From positions 1-64,000 of the forward strand of contig RHPI01001132.1 of NCBI GenBank assembly GCA_009103225.1: a stretch of 64,000 nucleotides of DNA, given 5' to 3'. Each line of letters opens with the position of its first letter. Position 1 is the stretch's first letter. Positions 62,649 through 64,000 of the stretch are shown piece by piece. A program made the translations under genes and the position numbers. The notes under the pieces were generated by a model. That model searched no databases, was not told where the DNA came from, and saw only the letters and a program-made list of their open reading frames with translations. The DNA comes from Chlorokybus atmophyticus. Its lineage: Eukaryota > Plantae > Mesostigma and Chlorokybus algae.

Positions 62649-64000
62649 GGTGCAGGGCGTGGATGAGGATGGTAGGGGTGCTAAGTGGCGTCTGCCAGGC
62701 GGACAGGCAGAGCGATACCGCCACCGCCGTCGCAGGCGGGGTTGTTAGCTGTTGCTTCAATTGAACTCACGAGGTTGGCGCCAACGTGGCTCTGGAGGGG
62801 ACATGGCTGACGTGGACTGGGGGGGACTGTCACTGAGTCAGACTCCAAGTGAGCATCGACCAGCTGTGTGAATGCTCGCTCGCACACACAACATAATTCA
62901 TGAAGTACGTGCAGTCTCGACTCGAGGATGTCTGGAAGGGCGTTTCTTACCATCATGACAATCGACCACATCATGTATAGGCATTCCAATAACACGGATG
63001 CATGTATCAATGTATGCTTGAGTGCTTGGCCCCGTGTCTTGCTATTGCTGTTGCTTTGCCCAGTTGCGCTCTTAATAATATACCATGTACGTTAATGCAA
63101 TGCTGTGGCTTTGAGTGCATGTTATGTTGTGTATGGTGCCAATGGTGACATTACTACTGACAGCAAAATGCCACATGCGTATTGCTCGTGGGATGGCTTG
63201 GTACCATGCACATATTTTAATAAATTGCATTAATCAAAGCGACATGCAAGTGTTCCATCATATTTACACTAAAAATCAGTACTATTGGAATTTGAGTGCA
63301 AGCATTTGCATCTGCACAAACACCATCACAAGCGTGTCGTTGTGGCGCGTCATTATGCTATGGTGTTTAGCTGCAGCCCATACTTAATACACTTCGCGCA
63401 AGGAAAAAAGTTTTAATGACTGCGTCCACTTCGTTTCACGCATACAACCGTTTTAACACCGCAACTTGAAGCGGTTGCGGTAAGCGGACTTAATTAGGAT
63501 CATGCAGCTGCAGTCCCGCTTCATCTTGACACTGCCAATATGGGGGCAAACAAGCATGGTCTATGCCAGCTTTACTATTCTCGTATGCTGTCAGTCAGGA
63601 AAGGATTTGTGGTAAAAGCCCACAACCCTTCCGTTGTTGTATTTGCAGTGGCGTGCTTGGCTGCAACAATGACGGTTGCCTTAGCACCAACAATTCAGCT
63701 CTAGTTACACTATGCGCGGGTTAATGCGCTCACTATTGGGTAGCTATGCTGACTGAGCATATGCGTCATATGGCGTAGCTGTCATTGCATATGCAATTGC
63801 GTCGAGTTTTTGCTCTGCAGCCTGAGCATTGTTGCCGTAGAACAAATGCCTTGAGGTCCTGCACCATATTTCCATGGAACGACAGCTCCATGAGGGCCAT
63901 CACTCCGCAGAACTTTGTGGTTGCTTGCATTACACCTGCTGCGGTTTCCCTCTCTCTCCGACCATGGTGCAGCATAGGCTATTGTCAACTTCTGTTTTAC

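Noticed and set aside
63766-63975. Cys-containing minus-strand ORF at the right edge
   Set aside because: May be the last exon of a gene beyond the window, but nothing is recognisable.

Overview
Eukaryotic, intron-rich nuclear DNA. A plastid NDH assembly factor (CRR6) and other plant-type genes suggest a streptophyte (charophyte-grade) green alga; this is an inference. Positions 1-10941 hold a head-to-tail array of a Ty3/gypsy LTR retrotransposon. Its single intact ~2357-aa polyprotein reads Gag (2x CCHC) - aspartic protease - C5 DNA cytosine methyltransferase - RT - RNase H - DDE integrase - PHD finger. The element has no tRNA-type primer-binding site. The 13 nt after the LTR are instead complementary to the predicted 5' end of its own transcript (Tf1-like self-priming). 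The LTR carries a 15-bp terminal direct repeat and is amplified in tandem at the 3' end. The rest of the window is a dense run of spliced host genes: LEA/dehydrin-like, tetraspanin-like, CRR6, a small plastid Zn-binding protein, U-box/WD40, organellar ThrRS, BRI3-like, prolyl oligopeptidase, an FHA/tandem-BRCT MDC1-like protein, an At1g75140-like membrane protein, a VOC/glyoxalase-like protein, an orphan coiled-coil protein and ETF-QO. An AT-rich, gene-free island (~51.4-56 kb) contains a perfect 38-bp palindrome and a 69-nt hairpin. All gene models, alignments and family calls were made by eye, with no searches run.
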